A stretch of 64,000 nucleotides of DNA from Pelagomonas calceolata. Taxonomy: Eukaryota. The DNA is taken from positions 1,550,001-1,614,000 of the forward strand of contig CAKKNE010000006.1 of assembly GCA_918797485.1 (NCBI GenBank). Reading direction: 5' to 3'. Positions 20,520 to 30,450 of this stretch are shown here, in pieces. The position numbers and the translations under genes are program-made. The notes under the pieces were generated by a model. The model did not search any database, was not told where the DNA came from, and saw only the letters and a list, made by a program, of their open reading frames with translations. Position 1 is the first letter of the stretch. Each line of letters opens with the position of its first letter.

Positions 20520-21089
20520 CTAGGACGACCCCAGCGCGTCCATGTCGACGTCGTTGCTCCGCTTCGGGTCGTTCTTGAGGCGCACCAGCAGGCGGCGCAT
20601 GATGGACGTGTCCTCATTATCAACGTCGGCTTGCGCGCCGCCGATCAACTCGACGACCTTCTCGAAGGGGTTAGCCGGGACCGGTCTCTCCAACATCGCT
20701 TTGAGCTCATCGTCGTGGTCCCGGTTCGACGCTTGTTTTTGCGCTTTTTTGTCCGTGTTCTGGTCGTAGAACGTGTCCAGGTCTCGTTCCGCTTTATCTT
20801 TGCGCTCCTTGGTCAAAGCTTCCTCCTTCGCGGCGCGCTCCGCGACCTTCGCCTCGAAGGCTCGTTGTGCCTCAGCTTGGGGGCTGGCGTCGGCCGCGAG
20901 GAAGGGGTCGGCCGGGGGTTCGGGCGGGTCGACGGCGCCGAAGGGGTCGTCCTGCTGTACCGGCGCAGCGGCCAGAGGGTCGGCGCCGAAGGCGTCCTCT
21001 TGCGCCGGGGGCGCGGCCTCGTCCGCCGCGGCGAAGGGGTCGGCGGCGACGGGGGGGGGGTCGTCCGCGGCCGCGAAGGGGTCGGCCAT
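20520..21089 (-). CDS. CLC: Clathrin light chain
   Basis: Acidic DPF-repeat N-terminus, helical KAERDLDTFY, NPFEKVVELI and DTSIMRRLLVRLK. Confidence 0.85.
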   Translation of the reverse strand: MADPFAAADDPPPVAADPFAAADEAAPPAQEDAFGADPLAAAPVQQDDPFGAVDPPEPPADPFLAADASPQAEAQRAFEAKVAERAAKEEALTKERKDKAERDLDTFYDQNTDKKAQKQASNRDHDDELKAMLERPVPANPFEKVVELIGGAQADVDNEDTSIMRRLLVRLKNDPKRSNDVDMDALGSS

Positions 21090-21260
21090 GGAAGAGGTCA
21101 GGCCAGTTGCGTCGCAGCAAGTAGTGCGGCTGGTCGCGCAGCACCAGTCTCTAGCGAGCCTGAGGCGTGACGATGTAATGCGTGCTCACGCGGTTCGACC
21201 GAGGCTTTTCGCGCTAGTGCCTTACCTTACGCTATGCATGTGGGCTCCGAGTTGTGAAAC

Positions 21261-21421
21261 TGCTGCTGTGCAGCTCTCCGGGACTCTGAGTGGTGAATTG
21301 AGAGCGTCTCTGCTGCTGTGCAGCTCTCCGGGACCCTGAGTGGTGAATTGAGAGCGTCTCTGCTGCTGTGCAGCTCTCCGGGACCCTGAGTGGTGAATTA
21401 GAGCGTCTCTGCCGCTGTGCA
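21261..21421. repeat. 50-bp tandem repeat, ~3.2 copies
   Basis: Unit tgctgctgtgcagctctccgggacYctgagtggtgaattgagagcgtctc at 21261, 21311 and 21361 (the third is 49 bp), plus a partial copy. Confidence 0.95.
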
Positions 21422-21434
21422 TTGCTACGCAGCG

Positions 21435-23798
21435 ATGCGTGCCCCACTTGTGCTGCTCGCGCTCCTCGCCGGCGGCAGCCGGGCGCTCGCACCGCGCCCG
21501 GTCGCGCTCGGCCTCGTCAAGTACGCGCACAACGCCTGCTGCTGCGTCGTCGACGCGACGACGGGACGCCTGCTCTTCGCCGGCGAGAAGGAGCGACTCA
21601 CGCGCGTGAAAAATGACGGCGGCTGCGTCGGCGATTTGGTGCGGCACGCGCTCCAGGCGTGTCAACGGACGCCGGAGGACGTCGTGAGTGTCGTGGCGAA
21701 CGACCACCACCGGCCCGTACAAGAGACGGAGGCCGCGGCGATCCGCGCGTCTAGGTTAGGCATTTCGTCGCTGATGGATCCGGTGGACGTCCGCGACCCG
21801 TGCAACTTCTGGGACATGCAGCGGGAGATGTCGCATCATCGAGCGCACGCGCTCGGCGCCGTCGCGACGTTCGGGACTGCAGAATGCGGTTTAGTTCTGT
21901 GCATGGACGGGATGGGCGACCGTGCCAAACGCTTCCGCGGGTCTGATGCGGCTCATATTCGCGATTCCATGACGGAGTGCGTCCACGTCCTCAATAGTGG
22001 GCAAGTGGCGTGGAAGGACGTTCCAGATTCCGCGAGGGAGTGCGAGACAATCTACCGGGAGGACCACGGTTCCCTAACACCCATCTTCAAGCGCTGGTGT
22101 CACACACAACCAGAAAACGACCTGCTCAACGCCTACGGGGACTGGTTCGCGTCACCCCTAGATTCGTTGGGGGCCGGCTACTCGCACGCGTCCCACTTGA
22201 TATTTGGGGACTGGAACGCCTGCGGCAAGGTCATGGGCCTCGCGCCCTGGGGTGCTGCTTCCAGCCATTACGACGCGGGCTGGGGGTCGGCGACCAGAAA
22301 CTCCTGGGCGGCGCGCGTCGCGGAGGCTTCGCTAGAAGACCGCCCGCGGATTTATGACGGTGCCGTCTGGCCTTGTTCAGGTGAGGAGGGGTTGAGGGTG
22401 GACCGGGAGGCCCTCGTCGCCATTCTGGACGCCTCATCAAAGAAACTCGACCCGTCGATCGCCTTTCCCGTCAAAAATCTTTGGAAGACAGGAGACGACG
22501 TCCACAGGGCCTGCGGCGCGGTGTTAGCCCATGCGATCCAGCAAGATTTGGAAGACGTGGCGCTGGACTTCGTAAAGAAGGCTAGAAATGAAGTCCCCGA
22601 CGGACGTCGTATCATACTCTGCGGCGGCGTGGCCCTGAACTCGGTGCTCAACGGGAAGATAGAGGGCATGTTTCCCGACGTGGACGTGCTGGTGCCGCCG
22701 GCGCCGGGCGACGAGGGCTGCGCGCTCGGCTGTGCGGTGGCTGCACTAGATTCGATTCCGGACTTCTCTCGCGTCTTACCGAGGGCCGGCGCGGCGCCGG
22801 ACGCGCCGGACGAGGCCCTATCTCATTTTGGCGAGTGGCTCGACATGGAACGGATCGATGATAACAAACTGATTGATGAATGCTCGGAGATGATCGCCAA
22901 GGAAAATACAATAGTGTTCTGGTTCGAAGGCAGATCAGAGTTCGGGCCGCGGGCGCTCGGCCACCGGTCGATCATCGCGCCGGCGACGAGATGTGATACG
23001 GTGGATTTTATCAATGATGTTGTGAAAGGTCGGGAAGATTTTCGGCCCCTGGCGCCGGCGGTCTTGGCGGAGGAGGCTCATGAATGGTTCGAGGGTGGCT
23101 GCCGAGCGTCGCCGTTCATGTCCCGGGTCTGGGTGTTGAAAGAGGAGGCGGCTCGGCGAGTGCCCGCTTGCGCGCATGTGGATCGCACCGCGCGGCCGCA
23201 GACAGTTGGTGAGAACGAGGTAGATATCGCCCGGTACCGTCGACTCATCCAGGGCGTGTTTCGTTTAATAGGTGTGCCCATCGTCCTGAACACGTCGTTC
23301 AACACGAAGCCAGGCGAGCCGATCGTGGAAACGACAAGGGGGGCGATAGCGTCTTTTCTAGCTGCGGCGGCGCGCGGCGCGGGAGCTTGGGATCTGGTTT
23401 TGTGTTTTCCCGGGATTCTGGTGCGAAGCCGCCCGTGCCCTATCGACGACGAGGGCCGCTTCGAGGACGCGGCGCGGTCCCTTCCTGTCAAACGCCACGA
23501 TGATTGGGAGGTGCGCGAGATATGGAATGATGATGGCGCGTCGCAGACGCTGTACGTGAGGGACCTCGACGAGGCCCTCGAGGACGCGGACCGGACGGGC
23601 CGCGGGAGTCATGTCTTTCTGGACGAGCTCGAATGTAGGATTTATGGATTGTGCGACGGCGGTTTGAGCGCCGAGGAGATCGCTTCATCTATCCTTGATG
23701 AATTAGATGAAGACGAATCAGACGAGGTTACAAGAGAGGACGTCTATCTGCGACTCGCGCGGCTCTGGCGGAGGACGCTGATTCGACTCATGTTGTAG
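21435..23798 (+). CDS. NodU/CmcH/TobZ-family O-carbamoyltransferase with N-terminal signal peptide and C-terminal wHTH-like extension
   Basis: HHRAHA, DGMG, GKVMGLAPWG, LCGGVALNSVLN, PAPGDEG, EFGPRALGHRS, KGREDFRPLAP, HVDRTARPQTV and LNTSFN. Confidence 0.9.
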   Translation: MRAPLVLLALLAGGSRALAPRPVALGLVKYAHNACCCVVDATTGRLLFAGEKERLTRVKNDGGCVGDLVRHALQACQRTPEDVVSVVANDHHRPVQETEAAAIRASRLGISSLMDPVDVRDPCNFWDMQREMSHHRAHALGAVATFGTAECGLVLCMDGMGDRAKRFRGSDAAHIRDSMTECVHVLNSGQVAWKDVPDSARECETIYREDHGSLTPIFKRWCHTQPENDLLNAYGDWFASPLDSLGAGYSHASHLIFGDWNACGKVMGLAPWGAASSHYDAGWGSATRNSWAARVAEASLEDRPRIYDGAVWPCSGEEGLRVDREALVAILDASSKKLDPSIAFPVKNLWKTGDDVHRACGAVLAHAIQQDLEDVALDFVKKARNEVPDGRRIILCGGVALNSVLNGKIEGMFPDVDVLVPPAPGDEGCALGCAVAALDSIPDFSRVLPRAGAAPDAPDEALSHFGEWLDMERIDDNKLIDECSEMIAKENTIVFWFEGRSEFGPRALGHRSIIAPATRCDTVDFINDVVKGREDFRPLAPAVLAEEAHEWFEGGCRASPFMSRVWVLKEEAARRVPACAHVDRTARPQTVGENEVDIARYRRLIQGVFRLIGVPIVLNTSFNTKPGEPIVETTRGAIASFLAAAARGAGAWDLVLCFPGILVRSRPCPIDDEGRFEDAARSLPVKRHDDWEVREIWNDDGASQTLYVRDLDEALEDADRTGRGSHVFLDELECRIYGLCDGGLSAEEIASSILDELDEDESDEVTREDVYLRLARLWRRTLIRLML

Positions 23799-23946
23799 TC
23801 TGCGGCGATGGCGATGAGGAGACACGTTGGACGCCATCGGCGCGACATCTGTGCGCTGGCGTGGCTGCGGCGATGGCGTGCGTCGAACCCTTCACGCCGT
23901 CGCCGCGACGTCTCGGACTAATAATGTTGTGACACAATACTCAGAG

Positions 23947-25086
23947 TTAGAAGCACCCCCCGACGCCGAAGCAGCCTCCTTGCCCCGACAAATCTTCGTC
24001 GTCGTCCGCCGCGACCCGCTTCCCCTCCAATATCAATTTCACCCGAGCAGCATCGGGCGTCTTGGAGAAGTTCGGAATAGAAGCCGATATTGCAGCAACG
24101 CACGGCTTCGACCGCGCGACGGCCGCATAAAATATAGCTTTCTGGTTGTGGTGGTCGACGACGTCCGCAGGAACACCACTGGCAACTAACATCTGGGCGC
24201 ACAGCGTAGCTTTGTTCTTCGCCGCGTGGTGCAAGGCGGTCCTCCCATCATTGTCCGTGGCCGTGGCGTCGCATCGCGCTCTCAAAAGTAATTCAACGCA
24301 AGCTGCCGCATTGTAAGCCGCGGCCTTCATGAGCGGCGTGTGCCCGTCGGGGTCCGTCCTCAAGTTCTTGTCCGCCTTATGTTGGAGGAGTATCTTAACG
24401 GCTTGCGGGGCATCATTAATACAGCACCAGTGGAGGGCAGCATAGCCTCCTGAACGATCATCCAACGACTTCCGTCGCGCGACCATCTCGGGCGTCAACA
24501 CAGCGACCGCTGCTGGACGGTTCTCGGAGGCCGCCATCAACAGGGGAGCGTAGCCCTGCCGGTTTTTAGCTGTTAAGTCGGCACCATACTCTAGTAATAC
24601 GGAAGCGATTTCCGCGGCGTCGGTTTGCGCAGCGGCTAATAATGGGGTGTCGCCGTATTTATTCCTGTGATCTACTCTAGCTCCAGCCTCGCATAGAGCC
24701 CTTGCTTTCGTGACGCAGGCGTCCATCCTGCTTCTTTGTGTCGAGCCTTTGGCGCCCTGCTGGAGCGCGAAATATTCGTACACTACCTTATGTAGTGGCA
24801 CCTCGCCCTCGGCGTCGGGCCTATTGAGGCCTCGTAGTTCCGCGTCCGTCAGATCGCAGCCTATTTCCCTCAGAGCCGACGAGAGCGCGTTCCGGTGATC
24901 TAACGCAATCTTCTTGTACTGGGACGAGTTCTTCTTGCCCTGCGCTTCCAACTCTTTCAATTGCTTGGCGAGCCTCCGGTGCTCGGGCTCGGGACCCGCG
25001 GGCTTCTTCTTCGTGCTTCGTTTCTTGTGCTCGCTCCGCTTCTTGCGCGGGCGGTCGGCGCTGGGCGGGCGGTCGTAGCTCGACAT
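23947..25086 (-). CDS. Ankyrin-repeat protein
   Basis: Ankyrin repeats GDTPLLAAA, GYAPLLMAA, GHTPLMKAA and GRTALHHAA. Basic N-terminus and a C-terminal GGCFGVGGCF. Confidence 0.9.
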   Translation of the reverse strand: MSSYDRPPSADRPRKKRSEHKKRSTKKKPAGPEPEHRRLAKQLKELEAQGKKNSSQYKKIALDHRNALSSALREIGCDLTDAELRGLNRPDAEGEVPLHKVVYEYFALQQGAKGSTQRSRMDACVTKARALCEAGARVDHRNKYGDTPLLAAAQTDAAEIASVLLEYGADLTAKNRQGYAPLLMAASENRPAAVAVLTPEMVARRKSLDDRSGGYAALHWCCINDAPQAVKILLQHKADKNLRTDPDGHTPLMKAAAYNAAACVELLLRARCDATATDNDGRTALHHAAKNKATLCAQMLVASGVPADVVDHHNQKAIFYAAVARSKPCVAAISASIPNFSKTPDAARVKLILEGKRVAADDDEDLSGQGGCFGVGGCF

Positions 25087-25674
25087 CTTTGGCGCGGCGT
25101 TGTTCTTTACTGAGCTACAGTGCCTTGGCCTGAGCTACGGTGTCTCGCGCTGCGGTGCGGCCAGTCCTTGTTCCTTCCTGGGCTTGGTTCGCGAGCGGCG
25201 GCGGCGGGCAGAGATGCGGCTGCGGCTGCGCTGGCGCAGTAGAGCAGTCGCAACTAGTACCACCGCCACGCCTGCGTGGCTGGAGAGCTGTGAAGTACTG
25301 GAGCGTGAGCAAAAGCAGGCGCGCTAGCGGCTGTGGTACTAGCAAACACACTAGCAACCCAGCACGAAGCATACTAATTGTCGAAAGGGGCCAAGCGGAA
25401 CCCATGGACCTGTCAAGGGCCTGGCGCGGCAGTGAACGACAAACCCGACTTCTCAAAGCTCGCGCCATCTCCGCCGCGCTCTCCTTTGTAGCCCACTTAA
25501 CGCGCGGCCCAGCACCTCAAGTGCGCAGCCAGTGCCTCACCCTAGTCGCTCGCGCTGCACGGCTCGCCGCCGCGCGCTAGAGACGTCTGGAGAGCAAATC
25601 CAGCAGCACAGAGCCCCCCACAGCACGCGACGGCGGCGCCCACCTGACCACACGATTCGTACGCAGGCGCAAGG

Positions 25675-27108
25675 ATGGCCGAGAACGTGCTAGGCGCCCT
25701 CGCGGACCTCCAGGAGGAAAGCAAGCCCGAGCCGAAGGAAGGAACTAACGAAGCCGTCAGCTCGGTCATCAAAGTGGAGACGCCCAACGCCACGTCGGTC
25801 TTGTTTTGCGGTAGCGCGGACTTCGCCGCCGCGGCCAAGGGCGCGAGCGGCAAGGCCCAACAGAAAAAAGACGGCGCGAACGGTGAGGAGTTCCGCGCGC
25901 CGGTGATTATCGCCTCGTTGAACGACAAGAAGGTGCGGTATTTGAGCGTGGGGCCGTCGGCGGGCCATATCGTCGCATTAACCGGAGAAGGGACTTATGC
26001 ATGGGGTTTGAACGGCAACGGGCAGCTCGGGCTGGGCGCCAAAGGTGGCTACGTCCACCCCGGGCCCGTGCGGGCGAAGCTGTGGGACGTGGACGGCGAC
26101 ACGCCCATTGCCGTGGCGGCCGGCAACCGGCACACGCTCGTGTTGTACGCGTCCGGTACGATACTATCTTGCGGCGCCGGCGAGCGCGCGCAGCTCGGTT
26201 TAGGTCATAAGGGCGCCGCTTTGAACGATCAAAACAAGCCCCAGAAAGTACCGATCGAAGCCAAAGTAGCCTGCATCGCCGCGGGCCACGACTACTCCCT
26301 ATGCGCTGATGAAGGTGGTGCTTTATACTCGTGGGGCTGGTCCGAGTACGGTAAATTGGGCACGGGCACGGACGGGTCCTACAACACGCGGGACTCGTCC
26401 ATCAAGATCACGTATACGGCCACGGATATCTCCAAAATACCCATGGAAGGTAAAATTATACAAGTCTCGGCGGGCAAGCACCACGCTGCTTGTCTGACGG
26501 ACGAAGGTTTGGGATATACCTGGGGCGACAATGGGTATGGCAAGCTCGGGCACCGGGACCAGAAGCAGCGGAACGCACCTACACGCGTCCAGGGCGCGAG
26601 GTTCTCCACGCTCTTATGTGGCGACGTCTCGACCGCAGGATTAGGCTGGCCCGAGTATCAAGGAAGACCCTTCTCCAAACAGAGTGGAGATGGATTGGTC
26701 TGGGTCTGGGGCGTCCTCAAAGGGTCGAACGGCGAGGGCGCGACGCACCCCGTGCCGAATTATGATGTGCAGGGCTGGGCCATCGACAAATCTAACTTCG
26801 CGCTGGGCGGCACGCACTGCGCGCTGAGTGGCGAGGGCGCCGGCGTGGCCTGGGCCTTTTCGCCCGTCGCGTTCGGCCAACTGGGATTTGGCCCCAACGG
26901 CGTCAAGTCGTCGCACACGGCGAACAAGATGGACGTGGGGGAGGGCCTGGTGGCGCGGCAGGTTGTGGCCAGCGTGGGCCAGACGCATTTACTGGTCGAT
27001 TCCGAGACGGCCAAGGGCGTGGAGACGTGGGAGCCGCCCACGGAACCATTGCCTGCGCCGGCGACGAAGCCGCGCGGGCCGCCGCCCAAGAAGAAGGCCC
27101 GCTCGTAG
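25675..27108 (+). CDS. RCC1-repeat protein, RCC2/TD-60-like
   Basis: Multiple RCC1 repeats (YAWGLNGNGQLGLG, LYSWGWSEYGKLGTGTDGSYN, YTWGDNGYGKLGH) and a C-terminal NLS PPPKKKAR. Confidence 0.9.
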   Translation: MAENVLGALADLQEESKPEPKEGTNEAVSSVIKVETPNATSVLFCGSADFAAAAKGASGKAQQKKDGANGEEFRAPVIIASLNDKKVRYLSVGPSAGHIVALTGEGTYAWGLNGNGQLGLGAKGGYVHPGPVRAKLWDVDGDTPIAVAAGNRHTLVLYASGTILSCGAGERAQLGLGHKGAALNDQNKPQKVPIEAKVACIAAGHDYSLCADEGGALYSWGWSEYGKLGTGTDGSYNTRDSSIKITYTATDISKIPMEGKIIQVSAGKHHAACLTDEGLGYTWGDNGYGKLGHRDQKQRNAPTRVQGARFSTLLCGDVSTAGLGWPEYQGRPFSKQSGDGLVWVWGVLKGSNGEGATHPVPNYDVQGWAIDKSNFALGGTHCALSGEGAGVAWAFSPVAFGQLGFGPNGVKSSHTANKMDVGEGLVARQVVASVGQTHLLVDSETAKGVETWEPPTEPLPAPATKPRGPPPKKKARS

Positions 27109-27148
27109 ATGTCCCGCCTAAGGAGGACTGTGGCCTGAGATGATCTGG

Positions 27149-27172
27149 CTAGTGTCTTACAGCCGCTAGCTC
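27149..27172 (+). promoter_or_regulatory. Recurrent upstream motif (copy 3)
   Basis: ctagtgtcttacagccgctagctc, starting 154 bp before ATG 27303. Confidence 0.5.
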
Positions 27173-27302
27173 GGGGGAAGCGCTTTACGCATCGCACAGC
27201 TAGGCCAGTGCGCGTCTCTGTACGTCGTACAACATCGCCAGCCGGTGCGTCGTCTGGCGTACAGCTCTACCGCACGCTAGCACTCGTAGCAGCACGGTCA
27301 GC

Positions 27303-28316
27303 ATGGACGCCACAGCGCCGAGCGAGCCGCAGGCCGACGACGCCGGCGCGCCAGAAGTCGCAGAGGACGGCTTCGAGACGCTCCTGCCCGGCGTGCGCTA
27401 CAAGGAGATTGCAAGAGGCGAGGGCCCGGCGGCGGACTACAAGCAGAGCGTGACGTGCTCGTACACCGCCGAATGTACAAAAACAGGTGAGGTCTTCGAG
27501 AAAGTAGAGCAACGAACGTTACGAATCGGCGACGCAGACGTGCCGCCCGGGCTCGAGCTGGCATTGAGACGGCAGCGCGCGGGCACGCGGGCCGTCATCC
27601 AAGCGGAGTGGCGCTTCGCGTACGGCGAGGACGGCCGGCCGGCGTCATCAATGGATGGCACGAAGGCGGTCGAACCGAGGACGGACGTGACGTGGCGCAT
27701 CTCCACCCTGAGCTTGGGCCGCGGCGAGGGCGAATCAGAGGGACGGGACAAACTAAATGAGTTAAGGGAGAAGAAGGACCTGGGCAATAACCACTTCCGC
27801 CATAGTAATTGGCGCAAGGCGGCGCAGAACTACCAGGACGTGCTCAAGGATTTAAATCCCGAGGCCTATGATGAGTGTCGGGACGAGGCCGTCTCGATAT
27901 ATGTGGCCTGCGCCAACAACCTCGTGTTTGCGCTCATGAAATTAGGCGACTGGCTCAAGGCCGAGCAGGCGGTCTGCGACGTGCTGGGGGTGGCGCCCGA
28001 CGACGAGAAGGCCTTGTATAGAGCTGCGAAGATCGCGCTCCACCTGTCGAAGTGGGCCGAGGCCGACGCCGCGATTTTGAGAGGTCGCTCCTTATACCCC
28101 GCGTCACCGGCCTTCCCCCGGCTGGAATCGGCTCTCAAAACGCAGCGGGCGAAGTACAAGGAGCGGAGGAAGCAGATGAGCCGGAGCATGGCCGGCGCGC
28201 TCTTCGCGGTCGACGGGGCGGTTGATGAGGCGCCCGCCTCATCAACGTTTCCGTGGTATCCTGTGCTCGGCGGATGCGTCGTCGCGGTCGCGGTCGCGGT
28301 CGCAGCGGCGTTGTGA
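27303..28316 (+). CDS. Tail-anchored FKBP-TPR protein (FKBP8/FKBP42-like)
   Basis: FKBP domain (IGDADVPPGLELAL..FAYG), TPR repeats (KDLGNNHF, KALYR) and a C-terminal TM helix. Confidence 0.9.
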   Translation: MDATAPSEPQADDAGAPEVAEDGFETLLPGVRYKEIARGEGPAADYKQSVTCSYTAECTKTGEVFEKVEQRTLRIGDADVPPGLELALRRQRAGTRAVIQAEWRFAYGEDGRPASSMDGTKAVEPRTDVTWRISTLSLGRGEGESEGRDKLNELREKKDLGNNHFRHSNWRKAAQNYQDVLKDLNPEAYDECRDEAVSIYVACANNLVFALMKLGDWLKAEQAVCDVLGVAPDDEKALYRAAKIALHLSKWAEADAAILRGRSLYPASPAFPRLESALKTQRAKYKERRKQMSRSMAGALFAVDGAVDEAPASSTFPWYPVLGGCVVAVAVAVAAAL

Positions 28317-28471
28317 GTAACGTGTGATTTGTGGATTTCTATCGTACTTACTAGTATCTAGTGGGTGCCGCGGCGGCGGCAGCCCTATTCGCGCCAAGTT
28401 CCGGGCAGTCAAAACGCCACCCTGCGATCGGGTCGGTTTCACCTTACGGGTCGGTTTAGAGGCTGAGGCTG

Positions 28472-28525
28472 AGGCTAGTTACGTCGCAGGGTTCCCCGTA
28501 CCCCTCCCGCTCCCAGGACGCAAGG
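28472..28525 (+). repeat. Dispersed repeat A (internally shorter copy)
   Basis: aggctagttacgtcgcaggg(t)tccccgtacccctcccgctccc...aggacgcaagg, also present at 60264-60342. Confidence 0.9.
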
Positions 28526-28616
28526 TTTGCTCTAGAGTGTGTCGCTACGCTAGGTTTTTCTGGGTTGCAAGTGCAGCGCTCCTGCCGCCATTACTTAAGT
28601 ATAACATAGCTCAATA

Positions 28617-30296
28617 ATGCAGCGCCACCTCTTCCTCCTGTTCTATGCGCCAGGCGCCGCGGCGTTAGCGTTGCGCGCCGCGGCGGGCCACAAGCAGCGA
28701 TACAGAAGCAGCATCAACATGGTGCTAGAAGACGCGCCGCAGGTCGTCGCCTTGACCGCCTCGCTCCCGGAAAGCACGCCGGCGCGCTGGCGCAAATCCA
28801 CCAAACAACTGGCGACGGTCGGGCCCGCTTCCAGTACAAGTGAGATGCTCGAGAAGCTCTTCGCCGCCGGTGTTGATGTTTTCAGGCTCAATTTCAGCCA
28901 CGGCAGCCACGACGAGAAGCGCGAACTCATCGAAAAGATAAGACAATTGGAGAAGACGCACGGCCACCCGATTGGCATATTGGCGGACTTGCAGGGCCCC
29001 AAACTGAGAGTGGGGGTCTTCGACAAGGGCAAAGCTATGTTAGTACAGGGCCAATCTTTCAGATTCGATGATGTGGACGAGCCGGGCGACGCGTCTAGGG
29101 TCAGGCTGCCGCATCCGGAAATTCTCCAGACTTTAAATGAAGATGACATTTTGTTGGTCGATGATGGTAAGTTGCGGCTGCAAGTGACGAGCAAAGACAA
29201 CGATGGAGTGGACTGCGAAGTTATTGTAGGCGGTACTATATCAGATAGGAAAGGAGTCAACACCCCCTCTATAACCATCCCGATCTCGCCCCTGACGCCG
29301 AAAGACCGTGCTGATCTGGCCTTCGCTCTCACGCAAAACATCGACTGGGTCGCTCTAAGTTTTGTGCAACGGCCGGAGGACATCGAGGAGTTGAGGACCA
29401 TCGTCAAGAACTCGGAACGGCCCTTTGTGCGGCTGATGGCGAAGATCGAGAAGCCGCAAGCGGTCCAAGATATAGAGAGAATTGTGGAGTTGTGCGATGG
29501 TATTATGGTGGCTCGAGGTGACCTAGGCGTAGAAATGAACCCGGAAGATGTTCCAGTGGTCCAGAAGACCATCATAAACCTATGTCGGTCGAAGGGCGTA
29601 CCTGTGGTCGTAGCGACGCAGATGCTCGAGTCGATGATCGAGTCGCCGACCCCGACCAGAGCGGAATGTAGCGACGTCGCCACAGCGTTGTACGACGGCG
29701 CCGACGCCGTCATGCTGTCCGCGGAGAGTGCCGCGGGCGCCTACCCCGAGGAAGCGGTGACGATGCAGCGTAGAGTTATCTCGCGAGTGGAAGCGGATCC
29801 TTACTATAGAGAGGCCCACGACGCCTTGGTTGGATTTCGTTTGTTGGAAGAACGGTCCACGACGACGGACGCCGTGACGCTCGCCGCGAGACAAATTGCA
29901 GGAGCTATCTCCGCCAAAGTGCTGATCGTCTTCACGTCGGAAGGTACGACCGTATTAACAGCGGCTTCTTTACGGCCGAACGTGCCCATTTTAGCTCTGA
30001 CGCCGAACGAGGAGACGGCTCGCGCGTTATCGCTGTGCTGGGGCGTCTACGCGCGGTTGCTGGCGCCGCAGACGTTTGATGAGAACCAAATCTTCGCCGA
30101 TGTTTTGGGCGCGGCGGTCGACGTCGCCGTGGACTACGGGTTGCTCGAGAATGAGTCCGACGTGGCCGTCGTGACAGCGGGCCTGCCCTGGGGGACGCCG
30201 GGCGCGTCGAACGTCTTGAGGGTCGTGCCGATGATGGGCCCGGACGCGTGGCCCGAGGACCTCTGCCGCGTGGGGGTCGACGAGGCGTGCGCCTAG
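28617..30296 (+). CDS. PYK: Pyruvate kinase, probably plastid-targeted
   Basis: TKQLATVGPAS, RLNFSHG, DLQGPKLR, AKIEKP, MVARGDLG, ATQMLESM and PTRAE. Bipartite presequence. Confidence 0.97.
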   Translation: MQRHLFLLFYAPGAAALALRAAAGHKQRYRSSINMVLEDAPQVVALTASLPESTPARWRKSTKQLATVGPASSTSEMLEKLFAAGVDVFRLNFSHGSHDEKRELIEKIRQLEKTHGHPIGILADLQGPKLRVGVFDKGKAMLVQGQSFRFDDVDEPGDASRVRLPHPEILQTLNEDDILLVDDGKLRLQVTSKDNDGVDCEVIVGGTISDRKGVNTPSITIPISPLTPKDRADLAFALTQNIDWVALSFVQRPEDIEELRTIVKNSERPFVRLMAKIEKPQAVQDIERIVELCDGIMVARGDLGVEMNPEDVPVVQKTIINLCRSKGVPVVVATQMLESMIESPTPTRAECSDVATALYDGADAVMLSAESAAGAYPEEAVTMQRRVISRVEADPYYREAHDALVGFRLLEERSTTTDAVTLAARQIAGAISAKVLIVFTSEGTTVLTAASLRPNVPILALTPNEETARALSLCWGVYARLLAPQTFDENQIFADVLGAAVDVAVDYGLLENESDVAVVTAGLPWGTPGASNVLRVVPMMGPDAWPEDLCRVGVDEACA

Positions 30297-30450
30297 CTCA
30301 CCGTTTGTTAAATAGATCTTGTATGCATTCGCGCCACCGAGCAGGTGTCGCGTCGATAGCGCGGGTCAAATGACGACTCGGCGTGAACTCCACGCCGTGA
30401 AGTTTTTATGCCAGCCTGAATGTCTACGTTTTTATACTTAGACAGAGATC

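Noticed and set aside
21261..21421. Regularly spaced repeats resembling a CRISPR array
   Set aside because: The units are contiguous with no unique spacers, there are no cas genes, and the context is eukaryotic. It is a simple tandem repeat.
28643..29713. 356-aa antisense ORF over pyruvate kinase, and many similar long shadow ORFs (e.g. 7143-8252, 41240-42667, 42749-44623, 56927-58345, 62658-63902)
   Set aside because: These are expected by-products of high GC3. They are Arg/Ala/Gly-rich, carry no motifs and overlap well-supported genes.
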